From contig JASJAZ010000006.1 of NCBI GenBank assembly GCA_030066785.1, forward strand, positions 3,504-67,503: a stretch of DNA of 64,000 nucleotides. The letters run 5' to 3'. The DNA comes from Desulfobacterales bacterium (GTDB lineage: Bacteria > Desulfobacterota > Desulfobacteria > Desulfobacterales > JASJAZ01). The translations under genes and the position numbers were made by a program. This document shows, piece after piece, positions 9,809-19,594 of this stretch. The notes below the pieces were generated by a model. It had not been told where the DNA came from. It did no database searches and saw only the letters and a list, made by a program, of their open reading frames with translations. The first letter of the stretch is position 1. Every line of letters begins with the position of its first letter.

Positions 9809-10483
9809 TCATTCCTCTTCTTCCGGCTTTTTGTAGCCGGGTTGAATTAAGGTTCGCGGTACTTGATCACACCACGTACTGGGCGCCTTAATGCGTTTAA
9901 TGTTATCCAGGCGGTCCTGCGCCGACAGCCGTTCATGGATCAGGTACCAGGCACACGGTTGATCCTGGCTGATTTCGCATTTGCCCTGGTTGGTGCCACC
10001 ACAAGGTCCATTGTAAAGGCCTTTGGCACACATGGTTACCGGACAGATACCGCCGGTCCATCCCAACACGCAGCTCTGGCAGGATCGACAGCGTTCCTCA
10101 TACCAACCCACCGCCTGGTTGACGGCCAGTCCCGAGGTATCCACTGCCGGCAGAACCGGCGTTTCCGGGAATCGTTCCGCTAAAAACTGGATGCCGACAC
10201 CGCAGGCCATGGAAATGAGGGCATCGTAATCCTTTACCATATCATCCAGTTCGGCCAGATACTCGCGGTCACACTGGCGCTCCACGGTATAGGCCCCCAA
10301 TTCGATGGGATCATTATCAAGTTTGCGGGCCATGTCGATTTCGGCGTTTAAGACCGCCACTTCCTTCTCGCCGCCGGCCAGACAAACCGAGACGCAGGTA
10401 CCGCAGCCCACGTTTAGAACTTTCTTATAGCCTTTGAGCATATCTTTGATTTCTTCAAAAGGCTTGCGCTTAGCAACTATCAT
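9809..10483 (-). CDS. metV: Methylene-THF reductase small Cys-rich subunit (MTHFR_C / MetV type)
   Basis: 224 aa, Cys-rich (CGTCVSVC...CRSCQSCVLGWTGGICPVTMCAKGLYNGPCGG), matching the MetV zinc/Fe-S subunit pattern. It is adjacent to metF. Confidence 0.85.
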   Translation of the reverse strand: MIVAKRKPFEEIKDMLKGYKKVLNVGCGTCVSVCLAGGEKEVAVLNAEIDMARKLDNDPIELGAYTVERQCDREYLAELDDMVKDYDALISMACGVGIQFLAERFPETPVLPAVDTSGLAVNQAVGWYEERCRSCQSCVLGWTGGICPVTMCAKGLYNGPCGGTNQGKCEISQDQPCAWYLIHERLSAQDRLDNIKRIKAPSTWCDQVPRTLIQPGYKKPEEEE

Positions 10484-10542
10484 TTTTCCTCCTGTTACAC
10501 CGCTCAGCTACCAAATAGATTGTTGATTAACCATCAACTATG

Positions 10543-11865
10543 CTAGAAATTTGAACTTTCCGGATGAAAGACATCCACATCTTTGAGATCATCGCCCAGA
10601 TATTCGCGTTCATTCGGACCGAGGATGCCCATGGATAAACAAATTAAGGTCCAAAGGTGGACCGTGTTCCAGGCGTGATCACGCTGGTCGCTCAGGTCGT
10701 GGATCTGCGCGTGGCAATTATGGCATGGCGTAATGCAGTAACCGGCGCCTGTATTAAGGACCTGTTCGGCCTTAAGTTTACCGTATTCCCGACGTGCTTC
10801 CGGATAGCCTGATTGCAAGAAACCACCGCCGCCGCCGCAGCAGTAATTGTTTGATTTGTTCGGAGCCATATCGATGAAGTTCTCTTTACCGACCACCGCT
10901 TCAACCACGTAGCGCAGGTCATCCGCCACCGGATCGCCAAACGATTTACGCACCAGTTGGCAGGGGTCTTGAACGGTGAATTTAACCTTGCGGTCCTTAT
11001 TCCAGTCAGAGCTGACCTTGAGCTTGCCTTCTCGAATCCACTGGGCATAGTACTGAATGATGCTTTTGATTTCAAATTTGTAATCGAGGTTGAATTTTTG
11101 CTGTCCGAACCGGACAGCGAACAGTTCGTGCCCTCATTCAGTATTGAGCCAGACCTTGCAGCCCAGATCCTCCACCGCCTTTTGTTTAACCTCGACAATA
11201 TGCTTCCAGCTTTCCTCATCGGCCATGAACATGCAGTAGTTCTCGGCCGCCCAACCCTTGGTACCGTAAGTCCAGTCGGCGCCTACCGCGTGTAAAATTT
11301 TCCACAAAGGCACCATTTCATCCGGCTCGGTCACCGGTTCACGTGAATTCTGATTCAAGAAAAACTCAGCCCCTTTTTTGTTAACCGGCGCCTGCATATC
11401 TTTAAATTCCGGCTGGGCCTCCTGGTATTCCTCCAACACATCTTCGACCACAAACTGAAAATCTTCCTCGGTGGCGCCCATGGCACTGCAGGTATCGCTG
11501 CGCAGGGCCATATCACAAGAGCCCACAATGCCCTTGGGCCGTTCTTCCCGCGGCCAGCTTTGGCGGGCATAGAAAACCAGCTGGGGGATGTTGATCTTCA
11601 TGGGACACACATACACGCAGCGGGTACACATGCTGCACATCCACACCCAGGGGGTACTGGTGATCTCCTCATCCATCCCCAGGGCGGCCATGCGCAGAAA
11701 TTTGCGCGGGTCCATGCCCTCCAAACCAGTGGCCGGGCATCCCGAGGAACACGCGCCGCATGTCAGACAAAGATTCAGATTCCCGCCTTCGGGAAGCAAA
11801 TCCTTCACCTTGTCGATAAACATGCTTTTCTTTTTGCCTCCTAATTTAATTGCTTCATCTGCCAT
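10543..11865 (-). CDS. Fused HdrC/HdrB-like (HdrD/GlpC-type) Fe-S oxidoreductase; predicted selenoprotein with an in-frame TGA at 11134-11136
   Basis: Track ORFs 11134-11910 and 10543-10953 are in the same frame and joined by one TGA: ...KVWLNTE-U-GHELFAVRFGQQKF...VQDPCQLVRKSFGDPV. The N-terminus has 2x CxxCxxCxxxCP. The C-terminus has a CCG domain (NYCCGGGGG...PCHNCH). The U sits at the second Cys position of the first CCG-type motif (C-x31-E-U-G). The start is at MADEAIK (ATG 11865), preceded by TAAGGAG. Confidence 0.8.
11101..11117 (-). promoter_or_regulatory. Candidate SECIS hairpin for the HdrCB-like UGA
   Basis: mRNA CUGUCCG-GUU-CGGACAG, a perfect 7-bp stem that starts 16 nt after the UGA. 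Confidence 0.55.
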
Positions 11866-11878
11866 AATTGACTCCTTA

Positions 11879-12325
11879 TTAGGCTGCCGCCTTCTTTTTA
11901 TTGGTTGCATCTTTATTTTGATTCAACGGATTAGGACCGAGTTCTTTGATGTGCTCGGTCATTTCCTTGGCGTATTGGGCAAAGGTCGGGCCCTCGCCGG
12001 AAGACAGGTTGTACATGCGAACCCGGTCGCCTTCAATGCCGATCTCGTCCAACAACTCCCGAACGTGATTGACTCTTTCCCGGCATCGCAAATTGCCCTC
12101 ATTATAATGACACGCGCCTTCCAAACAACCAACGCAATAGGCACCATCGGCGCCCTTTTGAATGGCTCGTAAAAGATGAATCACATCGACCTTGCCGGTG
12201 CAAGGCACCCGAATTATTTTCACATTGGCCGGATAATCCAGTCGCATGGAACCTGCCAGGTCCGCAGCGGAGTAACCTCAATATTCACAACAAAATGCGA
12301 TGATGGTTGGTTCAAAATCTGACAT
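11879..12325 (-). CDS. mvhD: MvhD-type (methyl-viologen-reducing hydrogenase delta) 2Fe-2S protein; predicted selenoprotein with TGA at 12278-12280
   Basis: Hand translation upstream of track ORF 11879-12247 stays in frame: MSDFEPTIIAFCCEY-U-GYSAADLAGSMRLDYPANVKIIRVPCTGKVD... The paralogue at 15364-16113 reads [17 protein letters not shown] at this point, so U aligns with a Cys. The ATG at 12325 overlaps the hdrA stop by 1 nt (TAATG). Confidence 0.8.
12249..12263 (-). promoter_or_regulatory. Candidate SECIS hairpin for the mvhD (11879-12325) UGA
   Basis: mRNA GGACC-UGGCA-GGUUC, a 5-bp stem including one G.U pair, starting 14 nt after the UGA. This is the weakest of the five hairpins. Confidence 0.35.
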
Positions 12326-15300
12326 TACATACCTCCAGCAAGAAGGGCATCAATTTTACAAATCAGCTGTTCGTCTTCATAGAAGCTCAGCCCGATTACC
12401 TGCCGCGGACAAACCGCCGTACATACGCCGCATCCGTGACAAAGCGCCTCGTTAATTTCAATTTCTTTTTTTTCGGTATTAAACTCCGGTACGCCAAACG
12501 GGCAGGAGCGGACACACGTCAGGCATTTCACACAATGCTCCACATCCACTTTGGCAGTAATGGCCGAAAGTTTGATGGCATCCTGGGCCAAAAAGGTTGT
12601 GGCCCGTGATGCGGCGGCCTGGGCCTGGGCAATGGTCTCCGAGATGAGCTTGGGCCCATGGGCCGTTCCGCAAAGAAAAACCCCTTCGCTGGGCATATCC
12701 ACCGGACGCAATTTGACATGCGCTTCAATGAAAAAGCCTTCCGGGTTGCGGTTTAATTTCATGATATTGCTCATCTCTTGGGTATCAGTGGCGGTCATAC
12801 CGGCACTAAGCGCCAATAAATCGGCCCTGATTTCGACATCCTGCTGCAAAATATGATCCTTGACAGTCACCAGCATGCCGTCGGAAGCCGCTTTGACAGC
12901 CGGTGGCGTATCTTTGTCAAACCGAATGAAGATAACCCCTTGCTTACGGGCTTCCATGTAGTAGTCTTCCAGCAATCCATAGGTACGGATATCCCGGTAC
13001 AGCACAAACACTTGGGCATCCGGGTTCTGTTTCCTGATCAGCAGCGCATTTTTTACGGCATTCTGGCAGCAGATGCGCGAGCAGTTTTCATTTTCTTCGT
13101 TGCGGGAGCCAACGCATTGAATCATAACAACGCTGGTCAGTTCCGCAGCACCCTTATTTTCCAACATGTCACCCAATTCCACCTGGGTGACCACCCGTTC
13201 ATCTTCGCCATATAAAAACTCTTGAGGCTGATATTCGGTGGCACCCGTGGCCACCAAAAAAACACCATGCTCAATGCGATGGGCTGCTTTATCGGCGCCC
13301 ACTTCGATCTCCGTGGCAAAGCTGCCTTTAAACCCTTCGAAACCGGCAATGCGTGCATCGGTAAATACTTGAATGTTTTCATCGTCAGTTACATCAGATA
13401 CTAGCTTCGCTACGTAAGCCGGAATATCATCACCCTCAATAGTATGGTGCAGTTTGCGGGCAAACCCGCCCAACTCGGCATTTTTTTCAACCACAATGGC
13501 GTTAAAACCTTGCCGGCTGAGCCCCAAGGCCGCATTCATCCCGGCAACGCCCCCGCCGATGACCAGCGCCTGTTTGTTGATGGGCACAACCTTTTCGTTA
13601 AGCGTATGCAGGGTGGATGCCCGGGCAACCGCCATGCGCACCAAATCCTTGGCTTTTTGGGTTGCAATCTCTGGATTATTGGAATGAATCCATGAATTCT
13701 GATTGCGGATATTGGCCATTTCAAACAGATATTTGTTGAGGCCGCAGGCCTCCAGCGTCTCCATGAACATCGCTTCATGAGTTTTGGGGCTGCAAGACGC
13801 CACCACTACCCGGTTCAATTCAAGTTCCTTGATCTTTTCTTTAATCAGATCCTGTGTGTCCTGGCTGCAGGTAAACAGGTTCTCATCGGCATAGGCCACA
13901 TTCGGCAGATTTTCGGCGTATTTACGAACTTCGGGAACATCCACAATCCCGCCGATATTGATGCCACAATTGCAAACAAACACACCGATACGCGGATCTT
14001 CCTGGCTGACATCCCTTTGTTCAGGAAGTTCAATTTTGGCGATGTCGGTTCCCCGCGCCGCAGCCAACTCGGCCCCCGCAGCACACGCCGCTGCGCTGGC
14101 TTCGGTAACCGAACTGGGGATATCCTTGGGGCCCTGCAGCACACCGCAGGTGTAGATACCGGCACGTGAGGTCGTCACCGGTGCAAAAGAATTTGTCTGC
14201 ACAAAGTTGTAATGATTTAATTCAATGCCCAAGCGTTCGGCCAGCTCGGCCCCATCCGGCTGAATCTGAAGCCCGACGGACAAAACCACCATATTGAATA
14301 CTTCTTCCTGCATCGCACCGGTTTCATCTGCGAATTTGACAACCAAATCGCCGGTATCGGGAACTTCCGTGATGGTATGAATGCGGGCTTTCACAAAACG
14401 CACGCCGTCTTTATCTTTGGCCCGGTTATAGTACTTTTCATAATCCTTGCCAAAGGTACGCATGTCCATATTAAAAATGGCGCAGTCCAAATCTCCATGG
14501 GCATGCTCTTTGGCAATCATGGCTTCCTTGACCGCATACATACAGCACACTGAAGAGCAATAGCCATTGCCGGTGCGGTTGGCATCACGGGATCCCACGC
14601 ACTGCAGCCAAGCAATTTTCTGCGGTTCTTCGCGATCCAACGGCCGCATGAGATGTCCCAGATAAGGACCGGAAGCGCTTAGAATTCGCTCAAATTCTTC
14701 ACTGGTCACCACATTGGGATATTTACCGTAGCCCAAATAGTCGAGGCTGGAGGGGTCATAACCCCGACTGCCGGCTGACAGTATCACAGAGCCGACATTG
14801 AGCGAGCTTTCGCGCACCTTATCATCGTATTCGACCGCCTTGGCGATACACATATTTTCACAAAGTCCGCAGCCGATACAGGTTTCCGTATCGATGGCAA
14901 ACGCAAGGGGTACCGCTTGGGCATATTCGATAAAGGTGGCCCGGCGGTCATCCAGCTTTAAATTGTATTGATTTACAGCGGTTACAGGGCAATGCAGCGC
15001 ACATTCACCGCATCCCGTGCATTTGACGGGATCAATGTATCGCGGACGGTTGCTCAAGGTAACATCAAAATTTCCGGGACTACCTTCCACACTTTTGATG
15101 TCGCTGCAAGTAATCAGTTCTATGTTAGGGTGCCGGCCGACCTCGACCAGTTTAGGTGAGATCACTCACATGGCACAATCATTGGTCGGGAACGTTTTGT
15201 CCAGTCGGGACATCATCCCGCCAATGGTCGGCGACTTATCAACTAAATATACTTTGTAATCCGAATTGGCCAAGTCCAGCGAAGCTTGCATGCCGGCGAT

Positions 15301-15354
15301 ACCGGCACCTACGACCATCACTGAACCGCTTTTCTTGGTACTTTCAGCTCCCAT
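12325..15354 (-). CDS. hdrA: Long (about 1009 aa) tandem-type HdrA-like flavoprotein/Fe-S subunit; predicted selenoprotein with TGA at 15166-15168
   Basis: Track ORFs 15166-15354 and 12325-15165 are in frame across one TGA: ...[30 protein letters not shown]. There are two GxGxxG FAD motifs ([22 protein letters not shown]), several ferredoxin CxxCxxCxxxCP motifs and CVGSRD...[19 protein letters not shown] precedes ATG 15354. Confidence 0.85.
15133..15150 (-). promoter_or_regulatory. Candidate SECIS hairpin for the hdrA (12325-15354) UGA
   Basis: mRNA CUGGUC-GAGGUC-GGCCGG, a 6-bp stem with two G.U pairs and GGU in the loop, starting 15 nt after the UGA. The element is identical in the paralogue. 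Confidence 0.45.
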
Positions 15355-15363
15355 GTGATCTCC

Positions 15364-16113
15364 TTATAAAGCTGCAAAAACCGGTTTACAGGCTTCCATT
15401 CCTTTGAATTCAACCATATTGGTCTTTTCCATATCAGCCAGCAGATAAGAAATCTGCCTTAAATTCAATCCAACTTTTTGGCTGATGTCGCGCGGGGCGG
15501 CACAGCCCTCTTGAATGGCTTGATAAATTAGATTCTTTTGATATTCACGCTCTAATACTTGATCCAAAACCGTTTCAAAACTGTGTTGGTCCCATTGGCG
15601 GCCATACACATCGCCTTTGGTGGTAATTTCGACTTCCTTGCCCACCATCCAACGAATCGTTTCGCCCGAAACTGTCATTTCAGCGGCTTCCAATTGGAGG
15701 GCATTGGCTTGGCAGTCAAATTTACCCTGGTTTTGGATGGAATTGACGGTTGCATTGACAACCTCCACAAACCGTTGGGCTTCTGCTGATGATACCCACG
15801 CCAAGTGGAGCCGCTCTGCACCGATACCGGCAATATCCAGTAATTTTTGGGTTAGCCGGATTTTTTTATCAGCTTGGACATTACCTTCCAGGTAATGGCA
15901 GTCACCGAAATGTCACCCTGCTACCAGGGCGCCATCACAACCTTCTTTAAAGGCTTTGATAATAAATAGGGGATCGATGCGTCCGGAACACATGACGCGT
16001 ACGGTGCGCATGTTGGGTGGATACTGCAACCGGGAGACACCGGCCAGATCGGCACCGGCATAAGCGCACCAGTTGCACAAAAACGCCGCAATTTTTGGTT
16101 CAAACTCTGCCAT
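15364..16113 (-). CDS. mvhD: MvhD-type protein with a C-terminal extension of about 130 aa; predicted selenoprotein with TGA at 15913-15915
   Basis: Track ORFs 15913-16113 and 15364-15804 join in frame: ...[60 protein letters not shown]... The U replaces the Cys in the position corresponding to CVGCLEGACHY of the paralogue (the G-C-H-x-G-x-C-H-Y type motif). Confidence 0.85.
15879..15897 (-). promoter_or_regulatory. Candidate SECIS hairpin for the mvhD (15364-16113) UGA
   Basis: mRNA CAUUACC-UGGAA-GGUAAUG, a perfect 7-bp stem starting 15 nt after the UGA. Confidence 0.55.
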
Positions 16114-16180
16114 AATACTACCTTATCAATTTGATTTAATGGTAAATGACGTTAATCAGTCAAAACGTTCATCGATTACT

Positions 16181-19100
16181 TTAGGCAATGGCACACACAG
16201 ATGCCACAATCTGCTCATCTTTAAAATGCAGCATGTCGATGGCTTTTTTCGGGCAAGATGAGGCACACAACCCGCAACCCTTGCAGGAAGCAGGAATGTT
16301 CTTGGCCCGATAACCCTTGCCCTCGACTTCTTCAACTTCAATGGCACCAAATGGGCAGACGCTGGCACATAGTCCACAACCGATACAGGTTTCCGCATCG
16401 ACCTGGGAGACCAGCGGTGAAATTTGAATATTGGCTTTGGCCAGTACCGTGGCGGCTCGGCTGGAAGCCGCCAGCGCCTGGGCAATGCTTTCATCCAGTG
16501 ACTTGGGAAAATGCGCTAAGCCACAGACAAAAATACCATCGGATGCAAAGTCGACCGGTCGCAACTTCGCATGGGCTTCCATGAAGAAGTTTTCTTCGTT
16601 GACCGGCAGCTTGTACAGTTCGGCCAGTTGGCTGTTATCCGACGGCACGATGGCCGTTGCCAAATTCAAAAGATCCGCGCTGATGATGACCTCTTTTTGC
16701 AAAATCGGATCAAACACCTGAATTTCCAAACCATCACCAGCCTCTTTAACTACCGGCTTGCGGTCCAGCGTGTAGCGAATGAAAATCACACCTAGCTGTC
16801 GTGCTTGTTTGTACAGCACTTCCCGTTCCGCATAGGTGCGGATATCGCGATACAGCACAAAAACATCTTTATCAGGTGACTGTTTCTTAATTTGAATGGC
16901 TTGCAGCACTGATCCCGTACAGCAGATCCGTGAGCAATACGGTCGCTGGTCATCACGTGAGCCGACACACTGAATAAACACAACGCTCTGCGCATCCTTC
17001 AACTTAGCAGGATCATTTTCCAGGTCATGCCACTTAGTGACACAAGGGCTTTGGCCAAACAGATATTCATCCGGTTCATAGGCTTGTCCGCCGGTGGCAA
17101 TAATAGTTGCGCCATGTTTGACCGTGACCTCACCCTTGCCATTTTTTACCTGAGTTTCGAAATTGCCGACAAAGCCCGAAGCACCTACCACTTCACTGTC
17201 TAACAATACCTTAACATCGGTGTGTTTTTCGACTTGATCGACCAAGTCCGTTAAAAAGGGTGGCACGTCACGGCCGCTCCATGTCTGATGCACATCTTTC
17301 GCGGAACCGCCCAATTCAGATGATTTTTCCACGATCGTGGTGGGAAAACCCTGATCGGCCAAACTCAGCGCGGCCGTCATACCAGCCACGCCGCCACCAA
17401 CTACCAGAGCAGATTTATCGACATCCACCGACAAATCCGGAATCGGTTCCAGCAGCGATGCGCGGGAAACGGCCATACGCACCAGGTCTTTGGCTTTCTC
17501 CGTAGCATCGGCCTTGCTCTTGGAATGCACCCAGGTGCATTGGTTGCGGATATTGGCCATCTCAAATAGATAGGCATTGACCCCCGCGTTGCGGATGGTT
17601 TCCTGAAACAACGGTTCATGGGTACGTGGGGTGCAGGCTGCGACAACAACTCGATTAAGATTCTGTTCCTTAATCACTTCAACCATCTTTTCCTGGGTGT
17701 CCTGGCTGCATGAAAACAGGTTCTCTTCCACATAGGCGACATTCGGCAGGGTTCGCGCATATTCAGCAATGGCCGGAACGTCTGCAATACCGCCGATATT
17801 CACACCGCAATTACACACAAAGACGCCTACCCGGGCGTCCTGGTCGATTACTTCAAGCTCTTTGGGAAACACCTTATCTTTGACCATGGTGCCGCGGTGA
17901 TCCGACAAGGAAATACCGGCCCGACACGCCGCAGCACTGGCTTCCATGACCGCCTGGGGAATGTCTTTGCAGCCCTGCATCACACCCGCCACATAAATAC
18001 CCGGCCGGGAAGTATTAACCGGTGCAGTGTCATCGGTTTTGACGAAGTTATAATCGTTTAACTCGATATCAAGTGTTTGGGCCAAATCAATGGCTTGATC
18101 GGACGGCTCCATACCAACCGACAATACCACCATATCAAACTGCTCGATATTGCGTTGGCCTTCATCAGAGGCGTACTCTAAAGCCAAAGTTCCACTGTCA
18201 TCAGCTTGTGTAATGGAATGTACTTTGGAGCGAATAAATCGAACGCCTTCATCCTTGGCGCGATTGTAATATTTCTCAAACTCTTTGCCATGGGTTCGCA
18301 TGTCCATGAAAAATACCGTGGCTTCGAACTGTTCGCCAATATGCTCTTTGGCGATCAGGGCTTCCTTGATGGCATACATGCAGCAGACCGAGGAACAGTA
18401 TTCATTGTCACAGCGGTTCAAGTCCCGCGAACCCACACATTGCAACCACGCGATCTTGGTTGGTTCCTGTTCATCCGATGGTCGCAGCACATGACCACCA
18501 GTGGGGCCGCTGGCGGACAAGATGCGTTCAAACTCCATGCTGGTCATAACATTGGGCAGTTTGGCGTGCTGATAATTATCTAAAGATGATGGATCGAACG
18601 GTTTGTATCCCGCCGTGGCAATGACCGCACCCACGTTTAGATTCAGCGTTTCTTGCTTTTGATCAAAATCAATTGCATCGGTAGGACAATATTTTAAACA
18701 GGCCCCACATTTGCCTTTTTTCAAATAAATACATCTTTCGGGATCGATCACGTATTTCAGGGGCACCGCCTGGGCATAGGGAATATATGCCGCCTTGCGT
18801 TTGGAAATGGCTTCATTGAATTCATCGGCGGTTTTAGCAGGACATTTCTCCTCACAGGCCCCACAGGCAATACATTTTTCCATATCCACATAGCGGGCCG
18901 ATTTTTTGATGGATACCGTAAAGTTCCCTTCTTCGCCCTGAATATCGGTAACTTCAGAAAGGGTATGCAACTCGATGTTTAGGTGCCGGCCGACCTCGAC
19001 CAGTTTGGGTGAGATAATTCACATGGAACAGTCGTTGGTGGGAAAGGTCTTGTCAAGCTGGGCCATGGCACCACCGATGGCCGGCGATTTTTCCACCAGA

Positions 19101-19207
19101 TGGACATAATAGCCTGAATCGGCAAGATCGAGAGCAGCCTGCATGCCGGCGATGCCAGCACCGACCACCATAACCGATCCGCTTTGGGATGATTTTTTTG
19201 AACTCAT
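16181..19207 (-). CDS. hdrA: Second long (about 1008 aa) tandem-type HdrA-like subunit; predicted selenoprotein with TGA at 19019-19021
   Basis: Track ORFs 19019-19207 and 16181-18970 are in frame across one TGA when the intervening codons are read: ...[38 protein letters not shown]... The domain order matches the paralogue at 12325-15354. RBS CAGGAG precedes ATG 19207. Confidence 0.85.
18986..19003 (-). promoter_or_regulatory. Candidate SECIS hairpin for the hdrA (16181-19207) UGA
   Basis: Same CUGGUC-GAGGUC-GGCCGG element as in the paralogue, starting 15 nt after the UGA. Confidence 0.45.
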
Positions 19208-19334
19208 TCTAACTCCTGTAGTTCGGTTATAAATTTGGATAAAACAAAGCTATCAACGCAAGCGATGTCAGTAATTTCAGCCGCTGAAAATAGATGCCAT
19301 CAGCACAGGACCCCGAAAAAAGTCCGAAGGGCGA

Positions 19335-19363
19335 AATATCTCATAGAATGAGCCCTCCGTCAA
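19335..19363 (-). promoter_or_regulatory. Possible sigma-70-type promoter upstream of the hdr/mvh/met cluster
   Basis: Minus strand reads TTGACG, 17 nt, GATATT, about 125 nt upstream of the hdrA ATG at 19207. This is a pattern match only. Confidence 0.25.
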
Positions 19364-19594
19364 GGCATTAATGACCGGTATTGGTACCAAAAGGGTCCAG
19401 GATTTTAAAAAATTGTTTCCAAAAGAAAGGCATAAATGCAGAGCAGTCACTATTGAGGACTAAACGAGGTAACTTTTACCAATATGGAAAATATAAAAGC
19501 TTATTGAAAGGATGCTTGACCATTATAAGATATGTTTCAATGAGCCTTCTGAGGATGCTGGCAAGCGCTTATAAAATCGAATGAGCATTGGTGG

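Noticed and set aside
10692-11219. 175-aa track ORF spanning the TGA region of the HdrCB-like gene in another frame. The same applies to the many antisense or alternate-frame ORFs inside hdrA, nuoF, hrpA, the permease genes and others.
   Set aside because: They lie entirely within well-supported genes, have low-complexity Arg/Ser/Pro-rich composition typical of shadow frames and lack RBS signals. I treated them as non-coding.
10543-19207. The alternative reading of the five in-frame TGAs as pseudogenising nonsense mutations or sequencing errors.
   Set aside because: All five frames stay open and conserved on both sides. All five fall at Cys-equivalent positions. All five have a hairpin 14-16 nt downstream. 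Gene junctions (RBSs and a 1-nt overlap) are intact. This cannot be fully excluded without finding the sel genes.
19381-19584. 67-aa plus-strand ORF in the spacer between hdrA and the actin-like gene. I considered it as a ParR-like adaptor.
   Set aside because: It is on the wrong strand relative to the actin-like gene, has no RBS and has an atypical Lys/Leu-rich composition. The same-strand region has only a 19-codon ORF.
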